A stretch of DNA of 64,000 nt, from contig CAZDSU010000040.1 of the NCBI GenBank assembly GCA_964508135.1, positions 5-64,004 on the forward strand, in the 5' to 3' direction. The notes below the pieces were generated by a model, which saw only the letters and a list, made by a program, of their open reading frames with translations, was not told where the DNA came from and searched no databases. The DNA is from an uncultured Saprospiraceae bacterium. Its GTDB lineage: Bacteria; Bacteroidota; Bacteroidia; Chitinophagales; Saprospiraceae. A program made the translations under genes and the position numbers. This document shows positions 38,780 to 47,412 of the stretch, one piece after another (within the stretch, counting starts at the first letter, position 1; each line of letters starts with the position of its first letter).

Positions 38780-39709
38780 ATGTCAAAATCCACCTTCATA
38801 ACAACAAGACTTATCGCAGCATCGCTGCTGGTTTTGTGCGGCGTTGGCGCAAACGGTCAAAGCACCGCCAGCCCTTTTGACCTAAATCCTAGGTTGCAGA
38901 CTGCTGCTGCTGAGGACAGCATTGAAGCCGTTCCCGTTTCCGCCAATCCCTTCGACATCGTAAAAGGGAGGTCAACGGGTCAGGCGACTAAGGGGCCAGG
39001 TTTTCAGATTCGGCCTGAAAAGAATGTCAAACCGCTCACGACCAAGGAAAAAGAGACCAACTATCGGCGCTTTCTGTTCGTGTCCATCCTGATAATGTTC
39101 ATCATCCTGACACTCATTGTCACCATTTTCAGGATTTTGATTGAAAAAATCTGGAAGGCTTTCCTAAACGACAACCTGCTCAACCAACTGCACCGAGAGC
39201 AAAGCTCCGGCCTCGCGTTGGCCTACGCGATGCTCTATCTATTGTTTTTCATCAATGGCGGGCTTTTCGCCTTTCTGACAGCCCGTCATTTTGGAATTTC
39301 AATTTCGTCGTCCAACCTATACTCGTTGCTGATGTGCATGGGTGGCCTTGCGGGGTTCTTTGTGGCAAAGCATTTTGTGCTTTGGCTGGCAGGGTTTATT
39401 TTTCCTATTGGCAAAGAGGTGGATTCCTACCAGTTCACCATCATGATATTCAATATCGTGGTTGGTTTATTCCTCGTGCCAGTGGTACTTTTTATTGCTT
39501 ATGCTCCGCAAAGTACCACCGGAATAGTCGTTTATGGTGCCTTGGGCCTGCTCGGGCTTATCTATTTGTTCTTGGCGTTACGTGGCCTCTTTATTGCCAA
39601 CCGCTTTATCGTGGGTAACAGATTTCACTTTTTGTTGTATCTTTGCGCCGTTGAAATCGCACCCTTGCTCGCCATTTATAAAATAGCTTTGACTTATGGA
39701 AGCAACTGA
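38780..39709 (+). CDS. DUF4271-like membrane protein
   Basis: 309 aa with a signal peptide followed by about 6 TM segments. Its position directly upstream of the HemD-like gene is a pairing I recall as conserved in Bacteroidota. The family name is from memory. Confidence 0.55.
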   Translation: MSKSTFITTRLIAASLLVLCGVGANGQSTASPFDLNPRLQTAAAEDSIEAVPVSANPFDIVKGRSTGQATKGPGFQIRPEKNVKPLTTKEKETNYRRFLFVSILIMFIILTLIVTIFRILIEKIWKAFLNDNLLNQLHREQSSGLALAYAMLYLLFFINGGLFAFLTARHFGISISSSNLYSLLMCMGGLAGFFVAKHFVLWLAGFIFPIGKEVDSYQFTIMIFNIVVGLFLVPVVLFIAYAPQSTTGIVVYGALGLLGLIYLFLALRGLFIANRFIVGNRFHFLLYLCAVEIAPLLAIYKIALTYGSN

Positions 39710-39742
39710 TTTCATTATTCTTGAAACAACTCAAATTCTATA

Positions 39743-40531
39743 TTGCGAATGGACGTTGTAAATGGTAAGACATACGTGGAGACTCACAAAAAGGTTAAAA
39801 CGATACTTGTATCGCAACCGAAACCTGAGCGTTCCCCCTACTACGAGCTTGAGAAGAAGTACGAACTCCATATAGACTGGATTCCCTTTATTCAAGTGGA
39901 AGTACTCTCCGCTAAAGAGTTTCGCAAGCAGCGAATTAGACCGGACGAATTTTCCTCCATCATTTTCATGAGCAAAAACTCTATTGACCATTTTTTCGCC
40001 CTTTGCGAAGAAATGCGGGTGAAAATGTCGCAGGAAACCAAGTACTTCTGTCTCACCGATGCCGTTGCCAACTATCTTCAAAAATTTATCATTTACCGCA
40101 AGCGCAAGGTATTCTCAGGTGAGCGCAGCATACAGGACCTGAAACCCTACCTGATGAAGCACAAGGACAAGGAAAAATTCCTGTTGCCCTGCTCCAACCT
40201 TGGCGCCAAACAGATTACATCGGTGCTCGATGAGTATGGTGTTCCGTACCAAGAGGCCATCATGTACAACGTGGTGAGCAGTGACCTGAGCAACTTAAAG
40301 GACATCTACTACGATATCATCGCCTTTTTCAGCCCACTTGAAATCGAGGCGCTTTACGAAAACTTCCCCGATTTCGAGCAAAGGGCCACCCGCATCGCCG
40401 TCTTCGGTCAAAGTGCACTCAAGGCCGTGCTCGACCGTGGCCTTCATCCGAACATCAAGGCACCTGAACCGGAAACACCGTCCATGACTATGGCTTTGGA
40501 AAAATACTTACAGGTCTCGAACAAAGAATAG
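39743..40531 (+). CDS. hemD: Uroporphyrinogen-III synthase (HemD-like)
   Basis: 262 aa. ILVSQPKPERSPYYELEKKY...IPFIQVE and the duplicated flavodoxin-like halves are typical of Bacteroidota HemD-family proteins. The exact start is uncertain. Confidence 0.7.
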   Translation: MRMDVVNGKTYVETHKKVKTILVSQPKPERSPYYELEKKYELHIDWIPFIQVEVLSAKEFRKQRIRPDEFSSIIFMSKNSIDHFFALCEEMRVKMSQETKYFCLTDAVANYLQKFIIYRKRKVFSGERSIQDLKPYLMKHKDKEKFLLPCSNLGAKQITSVLDEYGVPYQEAIMYNVVSSDLSNLKDIYYDIIAFFSPLEIEALYENFPDFEQRATRIAVFGQSALKAVLDRGLHPNIKAPEPETPSMTMALEKYLQVSNKE

Positions 40532-40603
40532 GAAATCAGTGTTATCGCTGGAATTCTAATATTAAGAAATCTTCTAGTTGTTTTCTCATAGTATGTTTGT
40601 TTG

Positions 40604-40633
40604 AAGCCCCGGTGCGTCGCATCGGGGCTTTTT
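40604..40633 (+). terminator. Intrinsic terminator after hemD
   Basis: aagccccg-gtgcgtcgcat-cggggctt is followed by ttt. The stem is 8 bp and GC-rich. Confidence 0.6.
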
Positions 40634-40712
40634 ACATTCACACTGTTGGGGGGCTATTAATTTAGTGGGGTCATTGCCAAATAGCACAACATCTCAATAA
40701 CGAAATATCCGG

Positions 40713-41912
40713 TTACACCTCGAAGAAACCAACGCCGCCGCCCACCCAGGTTTTTCCCATGTTGTAGCGAACACCGACCATCTCGCCCTTGCTCAACCGC
40801 ACGAGGTTGGTAATCACCTGTGGCCTCGCCGCCCCATCTTCCCAGACGAGCATCATTCTGATTTCCACTTTAGCGGGTTCATCCAGTGTCTTGATGACCG
40901 GGGCGTAGGCCACTTTTTTCTGAAGGATAAAATTTTTGCGGTCTGCATCCGGTATCGCCTCTATGTCAGCCGCCTTGGGATGGATGATGACGCCTTGGCC
41001 GGAAAAGGAATATAGCGGTTTCAAAACATAGCTTTCCAAATCGCCGGGAATGCCGTTCAGCTCGCTTAGGTAAATTGACTTTGGCACAAACTTGCTGTTG
41101 AAAAGTGGCAGCGTGTGCTTGCTGATGCGGGCAAACCAGTGCGGGTGGCCCACCCATTGGATATTGTACTCGTTTTCAAAAAAGAACTCCCGCTTCAAGT
41201 CCGTTCGCTTTTGCAACTCGTCAAAAATTACCCGGTTATAGATGCGCTCCACCGCCACTTTCCGCCCATTTTCATCCAGGTAAAAAACATCCTTCCCTTC
41301 CGTTTTTAGGTCGGTTAGGCATTTCACCTTGATGCCCAACGCCCGTTCTGTCGCCCAAAAATCCACTTGCGTATTCTGCTTGTGCGGTTCTACTTCCAGC
41401 AGCACCACGTTTTCAGGCTTCGAGTTGCCGACGATGATTTGGCGCATCCGCTCCACATACTCCTCGGTGGTTAAGACACCGAACAGGTGATGCAAATTGT
41501 CGGGGATGTCGAAATGCTTTCGGTAAGACCGGGCGCACAGGTCTTGGTAGAAAAACAGTGACGGAAACCCTTGTATTTCAATCAGTTGTGGGGAAATATG
41601 GCCGTCCGCATCTTGGCAAATGCCGAAGTCAATGACGAGGAACGTGGTGTGCGTCGTCTCGCCCGGCACGTAGCAGTCCGGCATGATAGTCTCCGCCGAT
41701 ATAGCCTTGAAATCAGGGCGGCATAGCGTGTCCACCAGTTCCTCGCAAGCTTGGAACAGTTGGTTAGACAGCGCCTTTGGCACGAAAATCGGCGTCTCAG
41801 CGATGTGAAACGGCACCTTGTGGTGGGTTTCCAAGTAGATTTCGTGGAGGAATGCCTGGTATTTTTCCTCCGTAAAGGCGGCGTTGTAGGCGCTGCGGAT
41901 GTGGGGAATCAT
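40713..41912 (-). CDS. Hypothetical protein, possibly a circularly permuted ATP-grasp-type ligase
   Basis: 399 aa. VERIYNRVIFDEL and YVLKPLYSFSGQGVII resemble blocks of ATP-grasp / glutathionylspermidine-synthase-like amidoligases. The assignment is tentative. It is the last gene of a three-gene minus-strand cluster. Confidence 0.45.
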   Translation of the reverse strand: MIPHIRSAYNAAFTEEKYQAFLHEIYLETHHKVPFHIAETPIFVPKALSNQLFQACEELVDTLCRPDFKAISAETIMPDCYVPGETTHTTFLVIDFGICQDADGHISPQLIEIQGFPSLFFYQDLCARSYRKHFDIPDNLHHLFGVLTTEEYVERMRQIIVGNSKPENVVLLEVEPHKQNTQVDFWATERALGIKVKCLTDLKTEGKDVFYLDENGRKVAVERIYNRVIFDELQKRTDLKREFFFENEYNIQWVGHPHWFARISKHTLPLFNSKFVPKSIYLSELNGIPGDLESYVLKPLYSFSGQGVIIHPKAADIEAIPDADRKNFILQKKVAYAPVIKTLDEPAKVEIRMMLVWEDGAARPQVITNLVRLSKGEMVGVRYNMGKTWVGGGVGFFEV

Positions 41913-41947
41913 AGTGCTTGGGTTTCGTTTTTTTTAAAGCAAACAGG

Positions 41948-42772
41948 TCATGCCAACTCCAGCACACCCCTCTTAACCCGCCGTATCGAGTCATGCAAGA
42001 ACAGCGGCAGGATGATGGCATGTGTACGGGCAATCTTGGCAGGGTCTTGCAGGTCCTTTACCATGCTCTCGTATTTTTCCTCGCCATACTCTTCGAGGAT
42101 AGCTGCGACCCTTTCTTCTTCCCCAAAATAGCTCCTCATGCCCACTGGGTCGGCCTCTGGGTGGAACTGTGTGCCAATCATTTCCGGCGAAAAACGCACG
42201 GCCATCATTGCCCGTTCCACTTCCAAGTGAGGGCGGTCTTTTTCAACGCAAAGCAAGGTGGCACCAATCTCCCTCATGCGCTCCAAGTTCGGCTTTACAA
42301 CTTGGTACTCCCGGAAGTCGGCTACCCAAAATGGCTCGTTCAACTCGTTGAGCAGCCATTCGTGTTCGCCGCCATCAGTCTTGTGTACGGGAAAGGTGCC
42401 GAACGACTTCTCCCGCCGACGGTTAATTTCCCCAATCTTGAAGTGGTGGCAAGCCATTTGGAAGGAGTGGCAAATGAAGAACACGAATTTTTTAGGCCCT
42501 TCTTCGTGTCGGTTGTAGTGCCACAGTTCGTCAATCAGCTCATGGAAAGGCGCCAGCCAGCTTTCGTCGCCCACCAGGGGGTTGCCGGGGCCACCGGAGA
42601 AGATGTAAATATCGTGGCTCAGGTCGGGCACTTTCACCGCACTGCGCACGTCGAAAATTTCAAAATCAATATCGGCGCCGAACTGCTTTACGATGTCTTG
42701 GATGTTCGTCATGCCGAGGTTGCGGGTGCCCTCGTACATGTCCAAAATTGCCAGCTTTAATTTACTTTCCAT
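41948..42772 (-). CDS. Class I glutamine amidotransferase-like protein (GATase1 fold)
   Basis: 274 aa. It starts LKLAILDMYEGTRNLG, has the nucleophile-elbow context FFICHSFQMA and a later His context in GTQFHPEADP. Confidence 0.72.
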   Translation of the reverse strand: MESKLKLAILDMYEGTRNLGMTNIQDIVKQFGADIDFEIFDVRSAVKVPDLSHDIYIFSGGPGNPLVGDESWLAPFHELIDELWHYNRHEEGPKKFVFFICHSFQMACHHFKIGEINRRREKSFGTFPVHKTDGGEHEWLLNELNEPFWVADFREYQVVKPNLERMREIGATLLCVEKDRPHLEVERAMMAVRFSPEMIGTQFHPEADPVGMRSYFGEEERVAAILEEYGEEKYESMVKDLQDPAKIARTHAIILPLFLHDSIRRVKRGVLELA

Positions 42773-42781
42773 GTTCTAAGT

Positions 42782-42854
42782 AATTGTTGGCTTGCAGGAT
42801 TGTTCAATTGACTTGTGTTGCTCAACAATCAAACAATCCAGCAATCCAACAATT
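42782..42854. repeat. Inverted array of CAATC/CAACAAT words between ATP-grasp and GATase1 genes
   Basis: The left arm is aattgttggcttgcaggattgttcaattgac (42782-42812). The right arm is ctcaacaatcaaacaatccagcaatccaacaatt (42821-42854), an imperfect complement. The word family matches 1730-1812 and 51870-52328. Confidence 0.8.
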
Positions 42855-42873
42855 TTATTCCAAAATCAAACCA

Positions 42874-43872
42874 TTATTTCTTCTTCTTGGCTGCAGCCTT
42901 TGCCGGAGCGCTTGGCGGTGTGAGGTGGTTGCCCAGCACGGCTTGCTGCACGAAAGTGCCCCAAGTCAGGTTGTGCTTGCCCTCCTCGTGCGCCTGTGCC
43001 CGCTCGATGGCGTAGTTGGCCATGGTCTCCACCACCCACTCGAAGTTTTCCTTGCCCACGGAGTTCACGTCGGCATCGGGTGCCGGGTTGCAGAAGTCAA
43101 TGGCGACGGGTACGCCGTTTTCCACGCCAAACTCAACGGTATTGAAGTCGTAGCCGAGGCCGTTGCAGAGACGGAGCACGTAGTCCTCCATCAGTTCCAG
43201 CAGTTCCTTCGATGCACCGTGGTCGGCCACGTAGCGCAGGTGGTGCGGGTTGCGTGGCTCATAGTCCATGATGCGGACGTATTTGCGACCGATGCAGTAG
43301 CAACGGTAATAGCTCTCAAAATTCACGGCTTTTTGGAAAAGCATGACCAGTTGGCCCGTTTCATGGTAGGCTTTGAACACCTCAGCCCAGGTGTCTACCG
43401 GGTAAACGCTCTTCCAGCCACCGCCAGCGTGGGGCTTCATGAAGGCCGGAAAACCGCCAAGGTAGTCGAGCATCGCCTCCCATTCCATCGGGAATTTTAG
43501 GTTGGAAAAACTCTCCGAGGAAGTGTCGTCTGGGTGGTCCTTGCTGGGCAACAGCACCGTCTTCGGCACGGGTACGCCCACCTGCTCGGCCAGTATGTTG
43601 TTGAAAAACTTCTCGTCGGCGCTCCACCAAAACGGGTTGTTGATGACGGCCGTGCCAGTGGCTGCGGCGTTTTTCAGGTAAGCCCGGTAGAACGGTACGT
43701 CCTGCGAGATACGGTCAATGATGACTGCATAGCCGCTTGGCTGGTTCTGCATCAGCTCTTCCACCTTCACAAATTCTGCCGTGATGCCTTTTACTTTTTT
43801 CGAGTTTACACGCTCCACGAAAGCCTGAGGGAATGTCCTTTCCTTGCCGAAAAGTATGCCTATCTTCTTCAT
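42874..43872 (-). CDS. ATP-grasp domain protein (RimK / glutathione-synthetase-like ligase)
   Basis: 332 aa. It has VIIDRIS, VINNPFW, the block FPAFMKPHAGGGWKSVY and VNFESYYRCYCIG...VEFGVENGVPVAIDFCNP, consistent with an ATP-grasp fold. It ends in a Lys/Ala-rich tail. Confidence 0.72.
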   Translation of the reverse strand: MKKIGILFGKERTFPQAFVERVNSKKVKGITAEFVKVEELMQNQPSGYAVIIDRISQDVPFYRAYLKNAAATGTAVINNPFWWSADEKFFNNILAEQVGVPVPKTVLLPSKDHPDDTSSESFSNLKFPMEWEAMLDYLGGFPAFMKPHAGGGWKSVYPVDTWAEVFKAYHETGQLVMLFQKAVNFESYYRCYCIGRKYVRIMDYEPRNPHHLRYVADHGASKELLELMEDYVLRLCNGLGYDFNTVEFGVENGVPVAIDFCNPAPDADVNSVGKENFEWVVETMANYAIERAQAHEEGKHNLTWGTFVQQAVLGNHLTPPSAPAKAAAKKKK

Positions 43873-43942
43873 TTACAGGTGTTTTAAAATGGTGTAAAAG
43901 ATTATGGTTGAATTTTCGAACTTAGTCAAAAAATGATTTCGC

Positions 43943-43950
43943 TAAATTTG
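43943..43950 (+). promoter_or_regulatory. Candidate -7 promoter box upstream of the esterase gene
   Basis: taaatttg lies 111 nt upstream of ATG 44062. This is a motif match only. Confidence 0.3.
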
Positions 43951-44061
43951 CCTTAAATGGATTTGCTTTGTCGCGCTGTTTTCAGGAAAAGGGGTGGGGT
44001 AGAATGGCCGACAAAGCTAAGGCGAAATCCTGACAGCAAGCGCAAACTGCTTTGATTTTCA

Positions 44062-44937
44062 ATGTCAAAACTGCACATGAGGCTTTTGGATAAACCGGCA
44101 ACGAACTACCAACGGTTCGATTTTTCGGAGGAACAGCGCCACTCGCTTCACCTTCATCGGCTTCGCAATTTCCGCTCGGAGTACCTCCCGACCCGCTTCA
44201 ACATTGACATTTTCCTGCCGCCCGATTACGACGCCAGCGGCTCTTGGCGCTTCCCCGTACTGTTCTTCAACGATGGGCAAGACATGGAGGCCGTGCGCCT
44301 CGCCGAGACCCTGACCGCACTCTACACCTCGCAGCGAATCCCATCCCTCATCGTCGTGGCCATCCATGCTGGGGAGAGGCTGCAGGAGTACGGCACTGCC
44401 CATCGTCCCGACTACCGCAACCGAGGCAGCAAGGCGCATTTGTACACAAAATTTATCATTACAGAACTGATACCGTACCTGAAAAAGACTTACCCGGTGC
44501 GGGAAGGTGCCGTGCACACAGCCTTTGCTGGCTTTTCGCTCGGCGGCCTCTCGGCAATGGACATCGTCTGGAACAACCCGAAGTTGTTTGGAAAGGCAGG
44601 CGTTTTCTCTGGCAGCTTTTGGTGGCGACACTGCGACTTCTGCGACGACGACCCCGATGGCGGCCGCATCATGCATGAGCTGGTGGACAAGGGCTACCAC
44701 AGTCCCGGCCTCAAATTCTGGTTCCAGACTGGCACGATGGATGAGACCGACGACCGCAACCGCAACGGTGTCATTGATTCCATTGACGACACCCTCGACC
44801 TTATTGAACTGCTTAAAAAAGTTGGCTATCGCCACAAGCAAGACCTGCACTACCGGGAAGTCAAAAACGGCATCCACCACCCGCACACTTGGGGAGCGGT
44901 CCTGCCGGAGTTCTTGGTGTGGGCGTTCGGGAAATAG
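44062..44937 (+). CDS. Alpha/beta-hydrolase esterase (esterase D / enterochelin-esterase-like family)
   Basis: 291 aa with FPVLFFNDGQD, the nucleophile elbow AFAGFSLGG and FSGSFWW. This is the pattern of the 'putative esterase' family. Confidence 0.72.
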   Translation: MSKLHMRLLDKPATNYQRFDFSEEQRHSLHLHRLRNFRSEYLPTRFNIDIFLPPDYDASGSWRFPVLFFNDGQDMEAVRLAETLTALYTSQRIPSLIVVAIHAGERLQEYGTAHRPDYRNRGSKAHLYTKFIITELIPYLKKTYPVREGAVHTAFAGFSLGGLSAMDIVWNNPKLFGKAGVFSGSFWWRHCDFCDDDPDGGRIMHELVDKGYHSPGLKFWFQTGTMDETDDRNRNGVIDSIDDTLDLIELLKKVGYRHKQDLHYREVKNGIHHPHTWGAVLPEFLVWAFGK

Positions 44938-45032
44938 TGGTCGCCCAATTTATTGGCAACCGTATGTGCCGGGTTTCAATCTCAAAAAAACCAATAATAT
45001 CCATCGGTCTGCCCAATAAATTGGGCGACCAC
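44937..45032. repeat. 96-bp unit bounded by perfect 20-bp terminal inverted repeats (MITE-like)
   Basis: gtggtcgcccaatttattgg (44937-44956) is the exact reverse complement of ccaataaattgggcgaccac (45013-45032). The core is 56 bp. The unit begins at the last base of the esterase stop codon and ends 11 nt before the SDR ATG. Confidence 0.85.
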
Positions 45033-45043
45033 AATGCCTCACC

Positions 45044-45742
45044 ATGAAAATCATCATCACGGGCGCCACCAAAGGCATTGGCAGGGCCATTGCGGAGAAG
45101 TTTGCTTCAGAGGGTTTTGACGTGGCAGTTTGTGCCCGCTCGGAAGCCGATTTGGCCACTTTAAAAAAGGGGTTTGAGGAAAAATATGGCGTGGAAGTTT
45201 TGGCCAAAGCCACCGACATGCGCCAAAAGGCGGACGTGATAGCCTTCGCCGATTTTGTGAAACAGCACTGGGGCGATGTGGACTGCCTCGTGAACAATGC
45301 GGGCGTTTACCTCTCCGGTGAAATCACTGACGAGCCAGACGGCCAACTCGAACAGCAAATCGAGATAAACCTGTACAGTGCCTATCACTTCACCCGTGCC
45401 ATGCTGCCAGCGATGCTTGCCAAGGGCAGTGGCCATATTTTCAACATGTGCAGCATTGCCAGCCTGATAGCCTACCCCGGCGGCGGCTCCTACACCATCT
45501 CCAAGTTTGCGCTGCTGGGTTTCTCCAAAGTGCTGCGGGAGGAGCTAAAAACCAAGGGAATAAAGGTGACGGCCATCCTGCCCGGTGCCACTTGGTCGAA
45601 CAGTTGGGCGGGCGTGGACCTCCCCGAAAGCCGCCTGATGCAGGCCAGCGACATCGCCCTCGCTGTGTGGTCGGCTTGGCAAATGAGTCCCGCCGCCGTG
45701 GTGGAAGAAATCGTGATTCGACCGCAGTTGGGAGATTTATAA
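45044..45742 (+). CDS. Short-chain dehydrogenase/reductase (SDR)
   Basis: 232 aa with the cofactor motif ITGATKGIGRAIA, NNAG, and the catalytic YxxxK in YTISKFAL. Confidence 0.88.
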   Translation: MKIIITGATKGIGRAIAEKFASEGFDVAVCARSEADLATLKKGFEEKYGVEVLAKATDMRQKADVIAFADFVKQHWGDVDCLVNNAGVYLSGEITDEPDGQLEQQIEINLYSAYHFTRAMLPAMLAKGSGHIFNMCSIASLIAYPGGGSYTISKFALLGFSKVLREELKTKGIKVTAILPGATWSNSWAGVDLPESRLMQASDIALAVWSAWQMSPAAVVEEIVIRPQLGDL

Positions 45743-45795
45743 TTGTGGATTTGTGGCACGGATTTCACTCATTTTGTATCAAAAATTTTACCAAC

Positions 45796-46344
45796 ATGAA
45801 AAGCTTCGCCACTTTACTCACCGCACTGATTTTGCCCATACTACTTTCTGCCCAATCAGAAGAAACCCTGAAAGTCCCCCGCCTTTCAAAAATGGACATC
45901 GGGCAATCCGGTTGCTCAGGCTATTTCCCGGAGGGCATGCCTAAGTTTGTGCTTGAAAAATCGGAGGATGGCGCCGATGTTTATACTTCGGAACTGGAAG
46001 TGGATGGCTATCTTTTTGGCTGTATCACCGTTCAGTTTACCGAGCCTTTTTCGGATTCATCGCCAGAGGAACTGGAGGAACTGCTCATAGGCTACCTGGA
46101 CTATCTGGAAGAAGCTTTTGATATTTATGATTCGGTCGGCGTGGGCAGGGGGCACACGCTCGAAAGCTGTCCCAGCGCAAGGGGCGTGATTGACTACTGG
46201 GATGACCTCGACGAAAATCATTTTGCCGTCAAAGGTTGGGTCAACCAAAAATACATCGGCGTTATGTTCATAGCTGGCGAAGCGGAGTACCCGCACTTCA
46301 ATTTGCAGCAGATGTACTTGGATGGGTTTAGGTTTGGGGAGTGA
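45796..46344 (+). CDS. Hypothetical secreted protein
   Basis: The ORF is 45448..46344 and overlaps the SDR gene out of frame. I take the start at ATG 45796, which gives the signal peptide MKSFATLLTALILPILLSAQ. I recognise no family. Confidence 0.5.
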   Translation: MKSFATLLTALILPILLSAQSEETLKVPRLSKMDIGQSGCSGYFPEGMPKFVLEKSEDGADVYTSELEVDGYLFGCITVQFTEPFSDSSPEELEELLIGYLDYLEEAFDIYDSVGVGRGHTLESCPSARGVIDYWDDLDENHFAVKGWVNQKYIGVMFIAGEAEYPHFNLQQMYLDGFRFGE

Positions 46345-46390
46345 GGGGCAGTAGGCTTTTTTCTCTATCTTCCCACCTTAAAACCCATCC

Positions 46391-47198
46391 ATGAATTTAC
46401 CTGGGAAAGAAACGGTTGAAACCAACCAACGATATTTGGACGAGGCAGGCGACACGACCTTTTACGGAAAAGGCAAGGTCAATATTATTGGGCAAAATGG
46501 AGTTTCTCTTTCCTTCATTCTTGGCATGGTAAAGTTCAAAGAACCTCTACCGTCAATACGGGAAAGGATATTGGCACTCCAACATCAAGTTTCAAACGAC
46601 CCGTATTTTGTCGAAATACCAAGCATTCAAAAGAAAATTGAGAGAGGCGGCTTTTTCTTTCATGCCACAGATGACTTGCCAGAAGTTCGAAAACTGTTCT
46701 ATGATTTTATCAAGACTATCGATTGCAGCTTTGAAGCGATGGTAGGCCGGAAAGTTCCTTCATTAATATGAAAATAGGCACAATGGCAAAGAAGCTGAGT
46801 TTTATGCTGACCTGCTTTCTCACTTATTGAAAAATAAGCTTCAAAAAGGCGGCAAGTTGACGCTGAACATTGCAGCAAGGGCAAATTCAACCAGAAACCA
46901 AAACCTCCAGCTTGCCCTTTCAAAAGCTATTGGTCGAAACCACAAAAAGGTTGGCAAGTCTGCCAAAACACATGTGGCTTTCAACGTTCAGAACCACTTG
47001 ACTGAGCCGCTTTTGAACATAGCTGATTACTTCTGCTGGTCAGTTCAAAGGATTTTCGAGCGAGGCGAAGTGCGCTATTACAATTTTTTAAAGGATAAAA
47101 TCTCGCTGGTGGTGGATTTGTACGATTCGGAAAGGTATCAAAATAGCCAAAACTACTACTCACCAAAACATCCACTATTGGCAAGCAACAAGCTATAA
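46391..47198 (+). pseudogene. DUF3800-family gene split by a frameshift
   Basis: ORF 46391..46771 carries the N-terminal YLDEAGDT block. ORF 46827..47198 carries the C-terminal LLNIADYFCWSV block. The second frame is already open from 46767 (YENRHNGKEAEFYADLLSHLL...), so the two ORFs overlap near 46766-46771. This is consistent with a single-base frameshift. The segment is AT-rich. Confidence 0.6.
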
Positions 47199-47253
47199 AA
47201 TAAAAAAGCCCGCCATTGCACTAAGAAGGATACCCTTCAACGACATGGAGTCG

Positions 47254-47297
47254 GAATTCATGCAACGCAGGATGTTGCAAAGTTATGAATTTTTTTT
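47254..47297 (+). terminator. Possible intrinsic terminator after the DUF3800 gene
   Basis: gaattcat-gcaac-gcaggat-gttgc-aaagtt-atgaatt forms a composite stem, followed by a T7 run. Confidence 0.4.
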
Positions 47298-47306
47298 AAG
47301 TTTTAC

Positions 47307-47340
47307 GACAACTTAGGACAACTTAGGACAATCGAGACTT
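47307..47340. repeat. Direct decamer repeat GACAACTTAG
   Basis: The sequence is gacaacttag gacaacttag gacaatcgag actt, upstream of polA. I see no complementary arm. Confidence 0.7.
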
Positions 47341-47412
47341 ACTCATCACGGCTTCTAGTCCAAAGAAATTGTTCAAATTCCCGCTATCTTTCCGCCCTAA
47401 AATTCACCCGCA

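Noticed and set aside
45448-45795. Upstream 116 codons of ORF 45448..46344
   Set aside because: This part overlaps the well-supported SDR gene in another frame. A signal peptide begins at the internal ATG 45796, which I take as the true start.
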